From Perkinsela sp. CCAP 1560/9 (Eukaryota; Protista; Euglenozoa: Kinetoplastea), in contig CBFFSA010000006.1 of assembly GCA_965644495.1 (NCBI GenBank), forward strand, positions 620,001 through 684,000: DNA of 64,000 nucleotides, written 5' to 3'. The translations under genes and the position numbers were made by a program. Positions within the stretch are counted from its first letter, which is position 1; each line of letters starts with the position of its first letter. Below are positions 10,531-21,780 of this stretch, one piece after another. The notes under the pieces were generated by a model. The model made no database searches, had not been told where the DNA came from, and was given only the letters and a program-made list of their open reading frames with translations.

Positions 10531-13500
10531 ATGGATCCGGGTAACTTAATCTGCGAAGCAACCAGGACGTACGCAGCATGTGACGCGGCTGAAACGCAGC
10601 CTCCACCTTCTCAGGCTTATTCGGGTGTGGAATACACTGCTTCTAGGAATTGCAACTTATCACTTTCCTCCTCTGTTGATGAAGCGTCGCAGCAAGGGGG
10701 CAGAGCGTATTCTGGAGAATCTCACCCCAAGACATACACAATACCTGTGAATAAAATAAAGTCTTTTCTACTGCCTACACATGATCGTAAGCACAGTCAT
10801 GTACTCACGTGCGGCACGATATCACAGGAGCATTCTCTTTTCTGTTTGGACTGTGTTCAAGATATATTCTCATCTAGCAGCGCGAAGCATGATAAATATC
10901 GCTCTTATAAAAACAAGAATCTGGAATACGATCAGTCACTTCACCCGACTAATACTGAAGGAAGTATTATTTCATTGACTTACTTTGATCGCATTCTGCC
11001 TCGGCTTGATATTATCGCACAGCTACGAAGATTGCAGTCCTGTTTCATGGTATTTCAAAATGAAGCAGAATGGTTGCGAAGTTTTTGTCGGACATTTTTT
11101 TGGAGCTCTCCCGTCGAACAATTTGACGACTATTATTATTCACAGCTTGCAGCATTTCTGGTGACTTTAGTTTCGGAAAACCCTTGTCTCACGATCTCTG
11201 ATCTATTAAACCCCATATCAAATCCTATTGCTGGAGAAACAAAAGATACAGTTCGAGTTTTATTGACAACCTCGCAGTTATTCCTGCTGCGGCACATGCT
11301 ACAGAATACAAAAGAGTGGCTCTTGGAAGTGAAAAGTCATATCTTCTGCACTTATTCGATCTCTGGACTATGGAATTGTCTTCCTGACTGCCTATTGGGA
11401 CAACGTTTATCTTCAAAATATTTCTCAAATTTACCAGAACAATCAAAGTCTGCACCTCTGGTGCGAGTAGAATTCAGCAATGCTATTAGTAGCAAAGTTA
11501 ATGAAGATTCGTGTAATCGAATCGTACCAGAAGCGTTCATCATTTTAGAATTTTTACACTATTTGTTCGTTCGTGAGACCTCCCCTGGAGCACAAACATT
11601 ATCTCTTGACCTTCGCCTTGCGCTGCGAAATGCTGGCTCAAATTTATGCTTTATACTACTTCAATCTCCTCAAAATGAGAAAACAGTGCAATGCTGCATT
11701 GACCTTATGCATTTTTTCCTGGAAATACTTACGAAGACTCGCGAAAATATGGAGCTCGAAATGACTCCATGCCACGAACAACTAAAATCACGTACTAGCG
11801 AACCACCAGAAAACGTTAACGCTGGTGCGCCTGAATGCCTCAATGAATCAAATCTTATTATGTTGGAGAGTAATGGAAAATGGCTTTTGAATTTGCTGCA
11901 AAACTATTTTGTAGACTTGCCTAAGTTGGTAGAAATGTTTTGTCTTACGTTGTTAGCTTCCAAGCTTGAAATACGTCGCGGTGCTCTGATTTTATTGTAT
12001 CGTACGTGGAGTATCGCTGTTGATGCCTTTGAGTCGCAAAGTCGCAAAAATCCAGAAAATAGTTGCATGGTTTCGTCCATAAAATGGTACCATGATCTTA
12101 AGAAGACACTTTGTCACGGTGCCTTGGGGGACTACTTGCTTGAAAGCTTGAGGCTTGTACCATCACTAACAAAGTGGGGCTGTAACCTTGATGCTCAAAC
12201 ATATGTATCTCATACATGGTGCTATACACTGAATTCCATTATCGCATATCATCCTGAGGCGTTCTGTTCATATTACGGAATGAAAACTGTAGTTCTTAAA
12301 GCAGCGAATTCTATGCGCGATGGATTGCAGCATTCTTTTTCTGCCAATTATGTGCCTGTATTTCGTACATTGATAGATATTTTTTCTTTGCATCGAGTGA
12401 TACCAGACTCAGCTACAGGCGTTCAATTCTCCTTACCTCAGAGCACTTGTCCATTAGAGGCATCTGTGTCGCACCTTTTGCCGGAAGTCGTACAACTAAT
12501 GAAACCCCTGGTCGAGCATGGTATCATATCCGGCCATGGTTCTGAATTTTTTATCTCTGTCTTTGAGCTTCTGCACGCAATATTATACTGTGTTCAAAAA
12601 CAAGATGAAGCCGAATTATTCTCCCAGATTCTCACACGCTTTCTAGAGTCAGCCACCTACGACTTTAAAAGTATAACAGAAAAGAATGAGATGCAAGCCA
12701 TCTCCTTGCATAAGTACGAAATTATAACTTTCCTCCTCCACGATTGTATTACACATCCGTGTATGTATGCTTTTCTAGAGCATTGCCTTCTCTGCAAGGC
12801 ATTTTCAATAATACTTAACGTGTTTTTGAATTTTGGGAAATTTTGGAGCGTTTGCAAAGAAGGCTTTCTTTCCAGCATACTGAGGCTTATTAGTTGGCAT
12901 ATTATGCCTCGTGCAAGAGGCCAGAAACTAACTTGTGTATGGCCATCAGACGACTATTATTTAAAAATGGACACATTTTGTTCAAAAATTCAGAACACTC
13001 CAGGTGTCCACAGCATGATACTTAAAAGTCTTTTAGATCTACCTGGTTGCGCTATCCCTTCTCCGCATTGCGGAATTTGTGAGGATAATGCATGCGGCAA
13101 AAACTTTCTTCAACAACTTATAGTGGAGATTCTGATCTTTTGCAAGTTTATTCTTCCGTGTGATGCAGATCAATACTTGTGCTTGCTTTGCTCACTCCCT
13201 TCGAAAGGAGGTGACATCATGCTGCTTCTAAAAGCTCATTCCATATCGCCAAAGACTCAATATTTAATTCTCTGTCTTCTCTACGAGATCATGTGTGTAG
13301 ATAGTTCTCCTTTCTGCCGCTCGCAAGCCATTCTTGAAACCAATCTACCGTGGGGATTGGAACATAAGCTCCTCTTTCGTGTCCTCGTACAATTAATGGA
13401 AGATCGTCATGAATCTCTAGAAAACGGAAGTTTTTTTCTACTGTCAAGTTGCATCCTAATTTTCCGCGATCTTGGATCTGATGAATCTTTTCATATTCCA

Positions 13501-15657
13501 TTGATAGATGTACAGCTTGTACGCCAAATAATTGCTCGAAGACTTTATTCAGTGAACTATGAACGCAAGGCAAGATCTCGTGAAAGTTTTTCTGTAATAG
13601 ATACAGGTGTACCCTCACATCCGCCACGTTTTTTCGTAGCGTGGATGGCGAGAATGTCAGAAGAGCACACATCATTCGTGCCAGCAGTATTTCAAGCATT
13701 CGTAGAGTTTTCCATTCTACATTCCAATTTAGTTATGTCTTTTCAGGGGGCTTTCCATCTTCTCTTTCGGAGAGTCTCACATTCTACGAATTCAGAGCCT
13801 TGGCTAATAAATCAGACGGAGAGTGCTCCTTGCATGAATAACAGTAAATATGAACATGCCCATTTTATACTTTTATTGTGGAAATCATTAACTACGCAAT
13901 GGAGGATGACACAATCTCTTATAGATGAGACACTAGGTTTCGACAATCTTTGCTGCCAAATGCTTTGTTCAATTACCTTGGTTTTGGAGTTGTTATTGCT
14001 ACAACAAATCCACGATACGCAATACTTTATCGAATTAACGAAGGTTGTCCATAAGTATTTTATTTCGCACGGCCCACGTATTCCTCGATGCGCTCTTCAA
14101 CACTTGTTTTGCGTTCAATGCCTTCTGATGCACTTGGAGCAAACAACAGTTGAACGTGCTTCAGTATCGGATGCCTACGACACATCTCTAACTAAGGCTC
14201 TGTGCAGTATTTTGCTAGAGAAATCTGAAACTTTGACTGCTAAAAAAGAAACGAATCTTGATGGGAGTACGATGGGTTTTAAATCATTCGATGTGACGCT
14301 TAAAATGTGTAATTTCTGCCTAAGAAATCAAACCCAAAGCTATCATTTACAGGATAGTACAATTCTTTTGTCGTGTCTTTGCCTATTATTCCTACGTCCT
14401 CGATTCCGTGACTGTATCAAGATTTTCTTTTCGCTAGCCAATGTTCCGTTCAATTCGGAGGTTATCCACAGAAACTGTGACAGCTCTTCATGCATACTCC
14501 TCTTTGGTCGCATACAATTGAGAGACGCTTCGATTTTGTACTCAGCTGGTGATCTGGTTCTTGCTCTCAGGCACCGTGGCATACTGTTTACTGACGAGCG
14601 TGTTGGCGTAACAATCAACGATGTCATTGGTCTGTGTTTTCCCTCATTACAAGTTGCAAAGACTTTTCAATATCCGGACTTCGTCCGGGAAAAGTGGTTA
14701 CAAGTGTTAACCGTCAGCATATTCGATGCCAATTTTGTGTCCCTGTGTAAAGATGAATATCTCACTCATCCGAAGCACTCCTGTCAGCTACCTCAACATA
14801 TGTGGAGAAGTCTGTCTGGTTCTTTTATTGAAACACTAACGGCTTGTTTGTATCAATCCTACCCTCTCTGCATTTCTTACGTTTGTTTTATGCGCTCCTG
14901 GCTGCAAGCTTTTCATGGAGCCCTAATCGAACATGCTGCACTTTGCTTTATTTTTAAATTAATTCTAAGCGAGTGGGACAGCACTTTGTTGCGCAACTCT
15001 CCAACTGATTCTGATTTCGGTAAGATGTTGAAACATGATTCTGAGTTGTCGGACGTAGAATCATATTCTGTTACAGGATGTCAGATGTTTTTTATTTGGA
15101 TCTGTCTTAAACATCGGCCGCGCTGGATGACACCACAGTTAAGGAAGAAAACTATATTCAGTGTTTCTCGGATCATTGATTGGCTTGCAAATTCATATAC
15201 TCCAATACACTGCTCTACCGATCCTGCAAATGGCCCTTGCAATCTCTGCGATATAATACACATTGTTTCGTATTTTATCGTCACGTCTTGTCAACTCTTA
15301 CTTGAGTTGATATGTCAGAGTCATAACCTTGATGAACTTGACACAAAATGTCAAAAAGAAGTATGTGATAAAGCAATACACTCAGTAAGTGACCTCCTTG
15401 AAAAATTGAAGCATTCAAGCTATTTAAATGACGAAAACAAGACTGTCACAGTAAAACACAAGGATGAAACAACGAAGCACTTTATTTATTTGCAGCAATA
15501 TAGCGTAGATCTTCTTGGGTACTATGATTTGTGTGAGATATGGCGTGATCTTGATCCTTGGATGTGGGCTAAATATCGGTCGAAAGACGCAATTCGTTTT
15601 TCTTCTCTTTTACTACAACAACTTAACGTTTTATCTAGTGATCAGTACAATAATTGA
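10531..15657 (+). CDS. Large Cys/Leu-rich helical (ARM-like) hypothetical protein, 1708 aa
   Basis: 5.1-kb uninterrupted ORF; no firmly recognised domain (weak MEI1/PRD1-like N-terminal CxxC). Confidence 0.85.
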   Translation: MDPGNLICEATRTYAACDAAETQPPPSQAYSGVEYTASRNCNLSLSSSVDEASQQGGRAYSGESHPKTYTIPVNKIKSFLLPTHDRKHSHVLTCGTISQEHSLFCLDCVQDIFSSSSAKHDKYRSYKNKNLEYDQSLHPTNTEGSIISLTYFDRILPRLDIIAQLRRLQSCFMVFQNEAEWLRSFCRTFFWSSPVEQFDDYYYSQLAAFLVTLVSENPCLTISDLLNPISNPIAGETKDTVRVLLTTSQLFLLRHMLQNTKEWLLEVKSHIFCTYSISGLWNCLPDCLLGQRLSSKYFSNLPEQSKSAPLVRVEFSNAISSKVNEDSCNRIVPEAFIILEFLHYLFVRETSPGAQTLSLDLRLALRNAGSNLCFILLQSPQNEKTVQCCIDLMHFFLEILTKTRENMELEMTPCHEQLKSRTSEPPENVNAGAPECLNESNLIMLESNGKWLLNLLQNYFVDLPKLVEMFCLTLLASKLEIRRGALILLYRTWSIAVDAFESQSRKNPENSCMVSSIKWYHDLKKTLCHGALGDYLLESLRLVPSLTKWGCNLDAQTYVSHTWCYTLNSIIAYHPEAFCSYYGMKTVVLKAANSMRDGLQHSFSANYVPVFRTLIDIFSLHRVIPDSATGVQFSLPQSTCPLEASVSHLLPEVVQLMKPLVEHGIISGHGSEFFISVFELLHAILYCVQKQDEAELFSQILTRFLESATYDFKSITEKNEMQAISLHKYEIITFLLHDCITHPCMYAFLEHCLLCKAFSIILNVFLNFGKFWSVCKEGFLSSILRLISWHIMPRARGQKLTCVWPSDDYYLKMDTFCSKIQNTPGVHSMILKSLLDLPGCAIPSPHCGICEDNACGKNFLQQLIVEILIFCKFILPCDADQYLCLLCSLPSKGGDIMLLLKAHSISPKTQYLILCLLYEIMCVDSSPFCRSQAILETNLPWGLEHKLLFRVLVQLMEDRHESLENGSFFLLSSCILIFRDLGSDESFHIPLIDVQLVRQIIARRLYSVNYERKARSRESFSVIDTGVPSHPPRFFVAWMARMSEEHTSFVPAVFQAFVEFSILHSNLVMSFQGAFHLLFRRVSHSTNSEPWLINQTESAPCMNNSKYEHAHFILLLWKSLTTQWRMTQSLIDETLGFDNLCCQMLCSITLVLELLLLQQIHDTQYFIELTKVVHKYFISHGPRIPRCALQHLFCVQCLLMHLEQTTVERASVSDAYDTSLTKALCSILLEKSETLTAKKETNLDGSTMGFKSFDVTLKMCNFCLRNQTQSYHLQDSTILLSCLCLLFLRPRFRDCIKIFFSLANVPFNSEVIHRNCDSSSCILLFGRIQLRDASILYSAGDLVLALRHRGILFTDERVGVTINDVIGLCFPSLQVAKTFQYPDFVREKWLQVLTVSIFDANFVSLCKDEYLTHPKHSCQLPQHMWRSLSGSFIETLTACLYQSYPLCISYVCFMRSWLQAFHGALIEHAALCFIFKLILSEWDSTLLRNSPTDSDFGKMLKHDSELSDVESYSVTGCQMFFIWICLKHRPRWMTPQLRKKTIFSVSRIIDWLANSYTPIHCSTDPANGPCNLCDIIHIVSYFIVTSCQLLLELICQSHNLDELDTKCQKEVCDKAIHSVSDLLEKLKHSSYLNDENKTVTVKHKDETTKHFIYLQQYSVDLLGYYDLCEIWRDLDPWMWAKYRSKDAIRFSSLLLQQLNVLSSDQYNN

Positions 15658-15705
15658 GAGTTATTTTCGAATGGGTTATTAATACCTTCATTATTGCAAA
15701 CATAA

Positions 15706-15817
15706 TTCAATGAACCTTCGTCTTTAACAAGGTTTAACTTTGTTTGCGGTTTTCTTGCAGTTCAATGAAACTTCGTCTTTAACGAGGTTTAACTTCACTT
15801 TCGGTTTTCTTGCTGTT
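15706..15817. repeat. Two-copy ~55-bp tandem duplication
   Basis: ttcaatgaa.cttcgtctttaac.aggtttaactt…cggttttcttgc occurs twice. Confidence 0.7.
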
Positions 15818-16369
15818 CTTCTTTATTAAAATTAATTTTTCTTGTAAATAGAATGTACACTACATTTATTTTCTTTTTTACTTTGTGTTTTAGGTTTGTC
15901 TTAGCTATTGTAAGCTTTGCGTGAGTAATTTGAATTCTGTATGTAATTGGAAATACATAAATAATACAAAACTTATTTTTTATGTGTAGTATATTTCTTG
16001 TTTTTTATCCGCTATATGACTTTTCAATTTATACTAAACCAACCATAAAACATTACAGCTATGGTTCGATGCGTTTATGGTTTTCATGTAAATCTGTCTT
16101 GTGAATCCTAGTAGTCTTTATATAGTGTAGCATCACTTTTCATTCAAGGAATCTGTGTCTTTCTGATTATTACTTTGATACAGCATTGGTGTTTCAGGTC
16201 AATAGTCGGCTCTTTATTTATAGTAACGTCTTTATGTACATTCTTCTGCTAGGGTTTTACTAAAAGAACTAATTTTGGGTGACCCAATTTATTTGAGTTT
16301 TACTTTCGTGGACAATCCACACAGCAAAAGTTGTACAGATAAAAAACTCGATGATATCATAATGATAAA

Positions 16370-17533
16370 ATGCCTATAGACACTCATTATTACCAAGCGC
16401 TGGGTGTTACACATACCGCCACTGAAAATGAGATTCGTACTGCATACAAACGACTAGCACTTCTCTATCACCCGGACCGAAACCAAGACGATTCCGATGC
16501 TGGAGAAAAATTCAAGAAAATAGGGGAGGCCTATGAAATATTAAAAGATACACAAAAAAGAACACTTTACGACACGCACGGAAAACAGGGTCTCGATCAG
16601 TCAAACAACGAGAAGACGTCTGCTGAAGATGTTTTTTCTGCGTTCTTTGGGGGAGGATTCTCTAAAGAGCCAAAGCCGCGTGACACTGTTATAGACTTAA
16701 ATCTTTCGTTGGAACAGGCGTACAATGGGTGCACAACTCGCCTCCGTGTGCCTCTGGACCGAAAATGTCATTCATGTTCGAGTACAGGTCTCCGGCCTGG
16801 ATCTCGACTCCGTACGTGTTGGCAGTGCGACGGCCTTGGCTTTACGTCCCATCTGCGCGACGGTTTCGAAGCTACTTTCATAGGAAATTTTCTTTCCCAA
16901 CCCTCTCACCGAAAACGCGTTCGTCAGACTTGCGACGTCTGCGCGGGAGCAGGTAAAGTGTTTCCTCCCGATCATATCTGCCGTACATGTGACGGTTGTC
17001 GTGTGGTCCGTGAGACGAAAACGCAATCTATTGATGTTCCCGTTGGATGCCAAGATGGCGATTACATTCGTATCCGCGGCATGGGACATTCTCTTCCTGA
17101 AATGGCACAAGACGGAGATGTACTAGTATTCTTTCGAATTTCTACGCATGCCGTATTTCGTCGTCTTGGGAACCATCTGGAGTACACACACCGTATTACG
17201 CTACGTCAAGCGCTGTGTGGGTTTGACCTTTCTTTAAGACATCTCGACGGCAAAATACGCCGTATTGCTATAGGTTCCGGAGAAGTAGTTGACATGAACG
17301 CTCCATGTTACGTGTATCAGCAAGGGATGCCACTCCCTTCCTCCAACGAGAAGGGGCATCTCATAATTCATTTTCAAATTATATTTCCTCCTTTATTTAA
17401 CGGAAAGTGTCGCGAGACCATTGCGCAGGCTCTATCGTATGCTCCACCTTCTGATTATGAAACGTGCACCGCTAAAGTAATTAAACTTACCCCAACATCG
17501 AATATGCTTCAGACTGGAAGGAAACGAAAGTAA
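16370..17533 (+). CDS. Type I DnaJ/Hsp40 (DNAJA-like)
   Basis: J domain with HPD, short G/F region, four CxxCxGxG repeats, C-terminal substrate-binding domain. Confidence 0.96.
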   Translation: MPIDTHYYQALGVTHTATENEIRTAYKRLALLYHPDRNQDDSDAGEKFKKIGEAYEILKDTQKRTLYDTHGKQGLDQSNNEKTSAEDVFSAFFGGGFSKEPKPRDTVIDLNLSLEQAYNGCTTRLRVPLDRKCHSCSSTGLRPGSRLRTCWQCDGLGFTSHLRDGFEATFIGNFLSQPSHRKRVRQTCDVCAGAGKVFPPDHICRTCDGCRVVRETKTQSIDVPVGCQDGDYIRIRGMGHSLPEMAQDGDVLVFFRISTHAVFRRLGNHLEYTHRITLRQALCGFDLSLRHLDGKIRRIAIGSGEVVDMNAPCYVYQQGMPLPSSNEKGHLIIHFQIIFPPLFNGKCRETIAQALSYAPPSDYETCTAKVIKLTPTSNMLQTGRKRK

Positions 17534-17911
17534 AGAAACTTGAGCCTTCTTTATATCTTCCCTCTTACGCGGTAGTCTGCTGATGAGCGCATCGAATGTG
17601 CCGAATGGGCTTCTGTATAGTAAGGTTCAACGGACTTCTGACAGACGCTATGATAAGATAATGCGAGATCCCGCCGATGGCCTTCTATCGTATGTAGGCA
17701 GACACAGTACAAAGTTACTATCTCTAATATTTCTGTTAACGACATAACTATTGGTGACTACGTATTTATAACGTTATGTAAGTTTTTTATTTATAAGCAT
17801 TGAATTACATATAAACATTGAATTATAAGCATTGAATTACGCAAGAGCGTATATTCATACAAGATTCTTTATTCCTTTTTTCTTTATTCCTTTTTTCTTG
17901 CTTTCTTTATC

Positions 17912-19672
17912 ATGCAACGATTGTTTGAAGTAGGTTTCGCAGGAGCTGAAAAACGACTCATCAAGATTTTGTACAAATCTCTTCCTCGACAAGTTAGCTT
18001 TCTTTCGAGTGCCTACACATGGAAAGCGAACGGTGATGAAATTGCCCCTTATCCTGTACAATTCGCTTCGAAAGATGAGGAAGAAAGCGTAGTTTCTGCC
18101 ATTAGTGCAATAGAACAAAATTGCGAAGTGAAAAGATGGGCCAACAGCTCTGGAACTGCTCGTGAGCCTCTTTCAAAGAAAGTACGAAGCTTTTTGTCAG
18201 AAATAGGCTTGTTTGGAGCGAATTTACCTTTTGAGAACGGCGGTCTTGGATTCTCAAACACGAGTCAAGTTTTTTTGTGGGATAGAATGGCACAATTATC
18301 TCCGTCACTCGCGCTATCCCTTCGACACTTACAATCCCTGGGATCGAGCTCCGTAGTTCATTTTGGAACTAAGGAGCAGCGCGGTAAATACTATCAAAAT
18401 TTTGTAAATGGGTCCTACATCGCGACATTGGCATATTATGAAAATAACAACTTGGATCTGTACGGCAACTTGAATATGGTTGCGAAAGCGCAACCTGATG
18501 GCACCTATGCTTTGGAGGGACGGAAAACTGGAGTAAAACATGGCGACACAGCCACTCACTTCATAGTGTTTGCCAACACTGAAACACAAACGCTTCACGA
18601 GACGGAAGGTACCGCAAGCACTGCTCATCGATTAAGCATGTTTATAGTGGAGAAGAGCAATCATACTATTGTCACTCCAAGCTCTATTTACTCGGAATTG
18701 TTCGACGTTGAGTTTCGCTCCGTTCCGGCGAAGCTTTCTCACATGCTCGGAGCAGCCGGAGAAGGACGTGCCGCGATGCTTGTGCTCACGCATTGTGGGC
18801 ACATTACGCAGGCGGCATCAGTGCTTGGGGCTACACGTAGTGTCCTGAAGCGAACTGCAAACGTGGATCGCGACATCTGTTCACTATTTTATGCAGCTGA
18901 ATCAGTGGTCTATTTAGTTGCCTCCAACATGGATCGGCAGGTGGAGGATCACATGATGGAGGATATGGCAATGAAGCTTTTTGTTAATAAAATGGCCCAA
19001 CAAGTCGCATGTAATCTATTAGAGTCGACGTCGATATCTACTGAAGCAAGCGGTATGTTCAAAGCTGACATTGAAGATCTCTTGCAATTATCGTGTACTG
19101 CCTCTCAAGATGAAGGTAATGACATATCTCTGGAGCAACTTCTGGCTTGTTTAGGTTGCGAAGAAGCTGCAGAACGTACCGCACACGTATCTACTTTGAT
19201 TCTTATGCAAGAACGTGCGCTTCGGAGCATTGGTTTGCGTGAGAATCTCCGGCCCGCACTGGGTGTGTCAGCGCTGGAACACCACATCAATGAAGTGGAG
19301 AAAGATATTATTGCACTTTCAGATCGTGCTGAAAATTTGGTACTTCGCTATGGTACCAAATTACCAAAGCACACTCAACAGTTGAAATCACTGGCAGTTG
19401 TGACATGTGGCCTTTATGCGCGTGTTGCAGCTCTCGCTCGGGCAGCTCATGCTTATAGAAAAAAGGTCCCTACTGCAGGAGGAGAAATCAATCTAGCGTG
19501 CATGTGGTGTGCACATGATCATGCATCCGCAGTCTTCTCTTTAAAAGAGATTGAATCATCTGGTTTACTGATTGCATCTACCAGTGATCGTATTTATCAC
19601 GAGCTTTTGCTAAGACAGAAAAATGTGGCTGGAAGTCAAGTCCAAAGTCAACACGGTGCAGACAAGGCTTGA
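17912..19672 (+). CDS. Acyl-CoA dehydrogenase family protein (ACAD9/VLCAD-like, divergent)
   Basis: GLFGANLPFENGGLG, FGTKEQRGKY, YALEGRK, AAESVVYLVASNMD, plus a VLCAD-like C-terminal extension. Confidence 0.85.
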   Translation: MQRLFEVGFAGAEKRLIKILYKSLPRQVSFLSSAYTWKANGDEIAPYPVQFASKDEEESVVSAISAIEQNCEVKRWANSSGTAREPLSKKVRSFLSEIGLFGANLPFENGGLGFSNTSQVFLWDRMAQLSPSLALSLRHLQSLGSSSVVHFGTKEQRGKYYQNFVNGSYIATLAYYENNNLDLYGNLNMVAKAQPDGTYALEGRKTGVKHGDTATHFIVFANTETQTLHETEGTASTAHRLSMFIVEKSNHTIVTPSSIYSELFDVEFRSVPAKLSHMLGAAGEGRAAMLVLTHCGHITQAASVLGATRSVLKRTANVDRDICSLFYAAESVVYLVASNMDRQVEDHMMEDMAMKLFVNKMAQQVACNLLESTSISTEASGMFKADIEDLLQLSCTASQDEGNDISLEQLLACLGCEEAAERTAHVSTLILMQERALRSIGLRENLRPALGVSALEHHINEVEKDIIALSDRAENLVLRYGTKLPKHTQQLKSLAVVTCGLYARVAALARAAHAYRKKVPTAGGEINLACMWCAHDHASAVFSLKEIESSGLLIASTSDRIYHELLLRQKNVAGSQVQSQHGADKA

Positions 19673-19849
19673 TATTAAGCTTGATGTATGTAGGAGGCAT
19701 CTTTTTTGTGCGTAAAAATTGTTAAACTTATTGGTTCACCGGCACTATAAATGTAGGTTGAAAACAAGTAAAATTTGTTTGAACAATCATGCCCAAAAGG
19801 ACTCAGGCAAAAGTTTTTGATCTTTCGTTGATCTCTTTTCTTATTTATT

Positions 19850-20071
19850 TTTTTGGCTTACTTACCAGACCACACGTTTTTTCGATCAGATGTGCCCCCT
19901 ACCTCTAATGGTAAGACCCCAAAAAACGTCCGAAATATGGGGAGAATACGAAATATGGGGAGAATCGGGTATTTGTACCAAAAGTTGGATTATTCTGGAT
20001 CGTTTCGCAATTTTTTCCTTTTTAGTCTCTTCATTAAACGCGGAAGCAGTTCTCAACGCGAAACGGGTAGC
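19850..20071 (-). repeat. Partial copy of the terminal-hairpin repeat family
   Basis: ttttagtctcttcattaaacgcggaagcagttctcaacgcgaa matches one hairpin arm plus the adjacent body of the 33275-33863 copy. Confidence 0.6.
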
Positions 20072-20437
20072 CGTGGTGGCTTCCAAGAGGGTTCAAACTG
20101 GATGGGAGTGTCTGGGAGCGCCTGGGAGCGCACCTTATCCTTTTTACAGGTCACCAATACGAAGTAGACCAATGTAGTATATCCTGGGCGGTCCATTGAG
20201 TATTCCAAGCATTGAAATATAAGTTGGAACGTCATGAGTATGAGTGGAAACGTTTTAAAAAGTCACGTAAAAGTTTTTTCGAGCGGAAAAAAATCATCAG
20301 AAAAAAATGGATTTTAACCTACATTTATAGTGCCGATTACCCAACTTATTTTATGTGACTTACTCTATTGATTATTCAGCACGCACTTCGCGTTACATAT
20401 TCGTCCACTGTATGTAATGTCATAGGCACATGAATTA

Positions 20438-20964
20438 CACCCCCGCCAAAAAGTATTGTTCACAAAAATGGCCGACACAAAAAGTATTGTATTTATTAGT
20501 ATCAACCACTTTTTTGACTTTTGACCAGAAACGCAGGAACCTGAGGCGCGTAGGAAAGCCATTGAAAGATCAGAAACTCGCCGTAAAGAATCATTTGGAA
20601 TGTCGCGGAAAGCTAAGGCAAGATTTGAGCAGGCTCGGAATATGGTTCCTCTCGCGCACTATTTTAGCGTTGAGTAGTTAAAATAATTAAATCACAGTGC
20701 CAGTGCTACAAGAAGTGCCAGTGCTACACTTTTTCCTCGCAAAACCAGTTATTTAGATCTCGTGATAGTTACTAGTATTTTAGTTCTTATGATTCGACCT
20801 GTTTTTTTGCTTCACAGTACTTTACACAGATCCGATATGATAAGTGCAACTTTTTGGAGGTCAGTAGCAGCTCGTGGAAATCAACAAAAAGTATTCTATT
20901 TATTAGTATCGACCAAAACTTCGTGGTCGATACTAATAAATTACAGTACTTTTTGGCGGGGGGG
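20438..20964. mobile_element. TA-flanked MITE (Tc1/mariner-type)
   Basis: TA|CACCCCCGCCAAAAAGTATTGT … ACAGTACTTTTTGGCGGGGGGG|TA; internal repeats of caaaaagtatt.tatttattagtatc. Confidence 0.75.
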
Positions 20965-21089
20965 TATGTTAGTTGTACCATTCTGCCATTGAAATCTTGG
21001 AAAATTTAGTATGTTGGCAAAACATTGCGGACTTCATTTACCGGGTAAAACTAAAATGATCTGATTTCATATTCCATTTTTCGACTACT

Positions 21090-21590
21090 ATGTTCTTTCA
21101 AAGTAAGCAACGTTTAGCTCGTAACTTTGGACGAGATTGGAGCAAAAGGCGGCTCTATTGGACACTTCGAAACAAACTCGAAATTGAAAAATCCTTCAGA
21201 GATTCGTGGATTCGATGGACCTCTCGTGCCGTACAGCGCTGCGATGAGCCTTTGTGCCACAACATGAGTCAAGCGGAGACCTTGGCTTTTCAGAAGAAAA
21301 TGACATGCTACATGTACAATTTAGAAGGGGTGAGTCACCTCGATTATCTTACTATGCCATGGAGAGACTATGGTCACGGTATATCAGGGGTTCCAGGAAC
21401 AGGAGACTGGGTAAGTATGATAAATCTTAATCACTTTACATGGTATCAAATGGTACGCAAGGGCTTCGTATTGGTATATCGTTGTCATGTAAGAGGCCTG
21501 GGGTCCGACCCATACTTACTTAAAGGGGGCTACGAGTACCGATGGAAAAAGTGTATAGATCGAGACGTCGGTCATTACACAAGGGCGTAG
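21090..21590 (+). CDS. Small basic, aromatic-rich protein, possibly mitochondrial
   Basis: ATG-initiated 166-aa ORF with an Arg-rich presequence-like N-terminus. Confidence 0.7.
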   Translation: MFFQSKQRLARNFGRDWSKRRLYWTLRNKLEIEKSFRDSWIRWTSRAVQRCDEPLCHNMSQAETLAFQKKMTCYMYNLEGVSHLDYLTMPWRDYGHGISGVPGTGDWVSMINLNHFTWYQMVRKGFVLVYRCHVRGLGSDPYLLKGGYEYRWKKCIDRDVGHYTRA

Positions 21591-21780
21591 CAAAATAGAA
21601 ACATATCATAAATTTATTATAATTTATAATAAATTTAAAAAAAAAATAGTATTTTTCACTGTGGCACACATATTTTTAGTTTTCAAAAAACGCTTTCTGA
21701 CACGTAATATCATGTACATCGCGTAATATCATAGCACAATAGTTAGAATAGTCTATTATTGATCTGCGTATCTCTCGTTA

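Noticed and set aside
17575-17615. Hammerhead ribozyme (CTGATGA plus stem)
   Set aside because: Second core reads GAAT, not GAAA, and stems I/III are not evident
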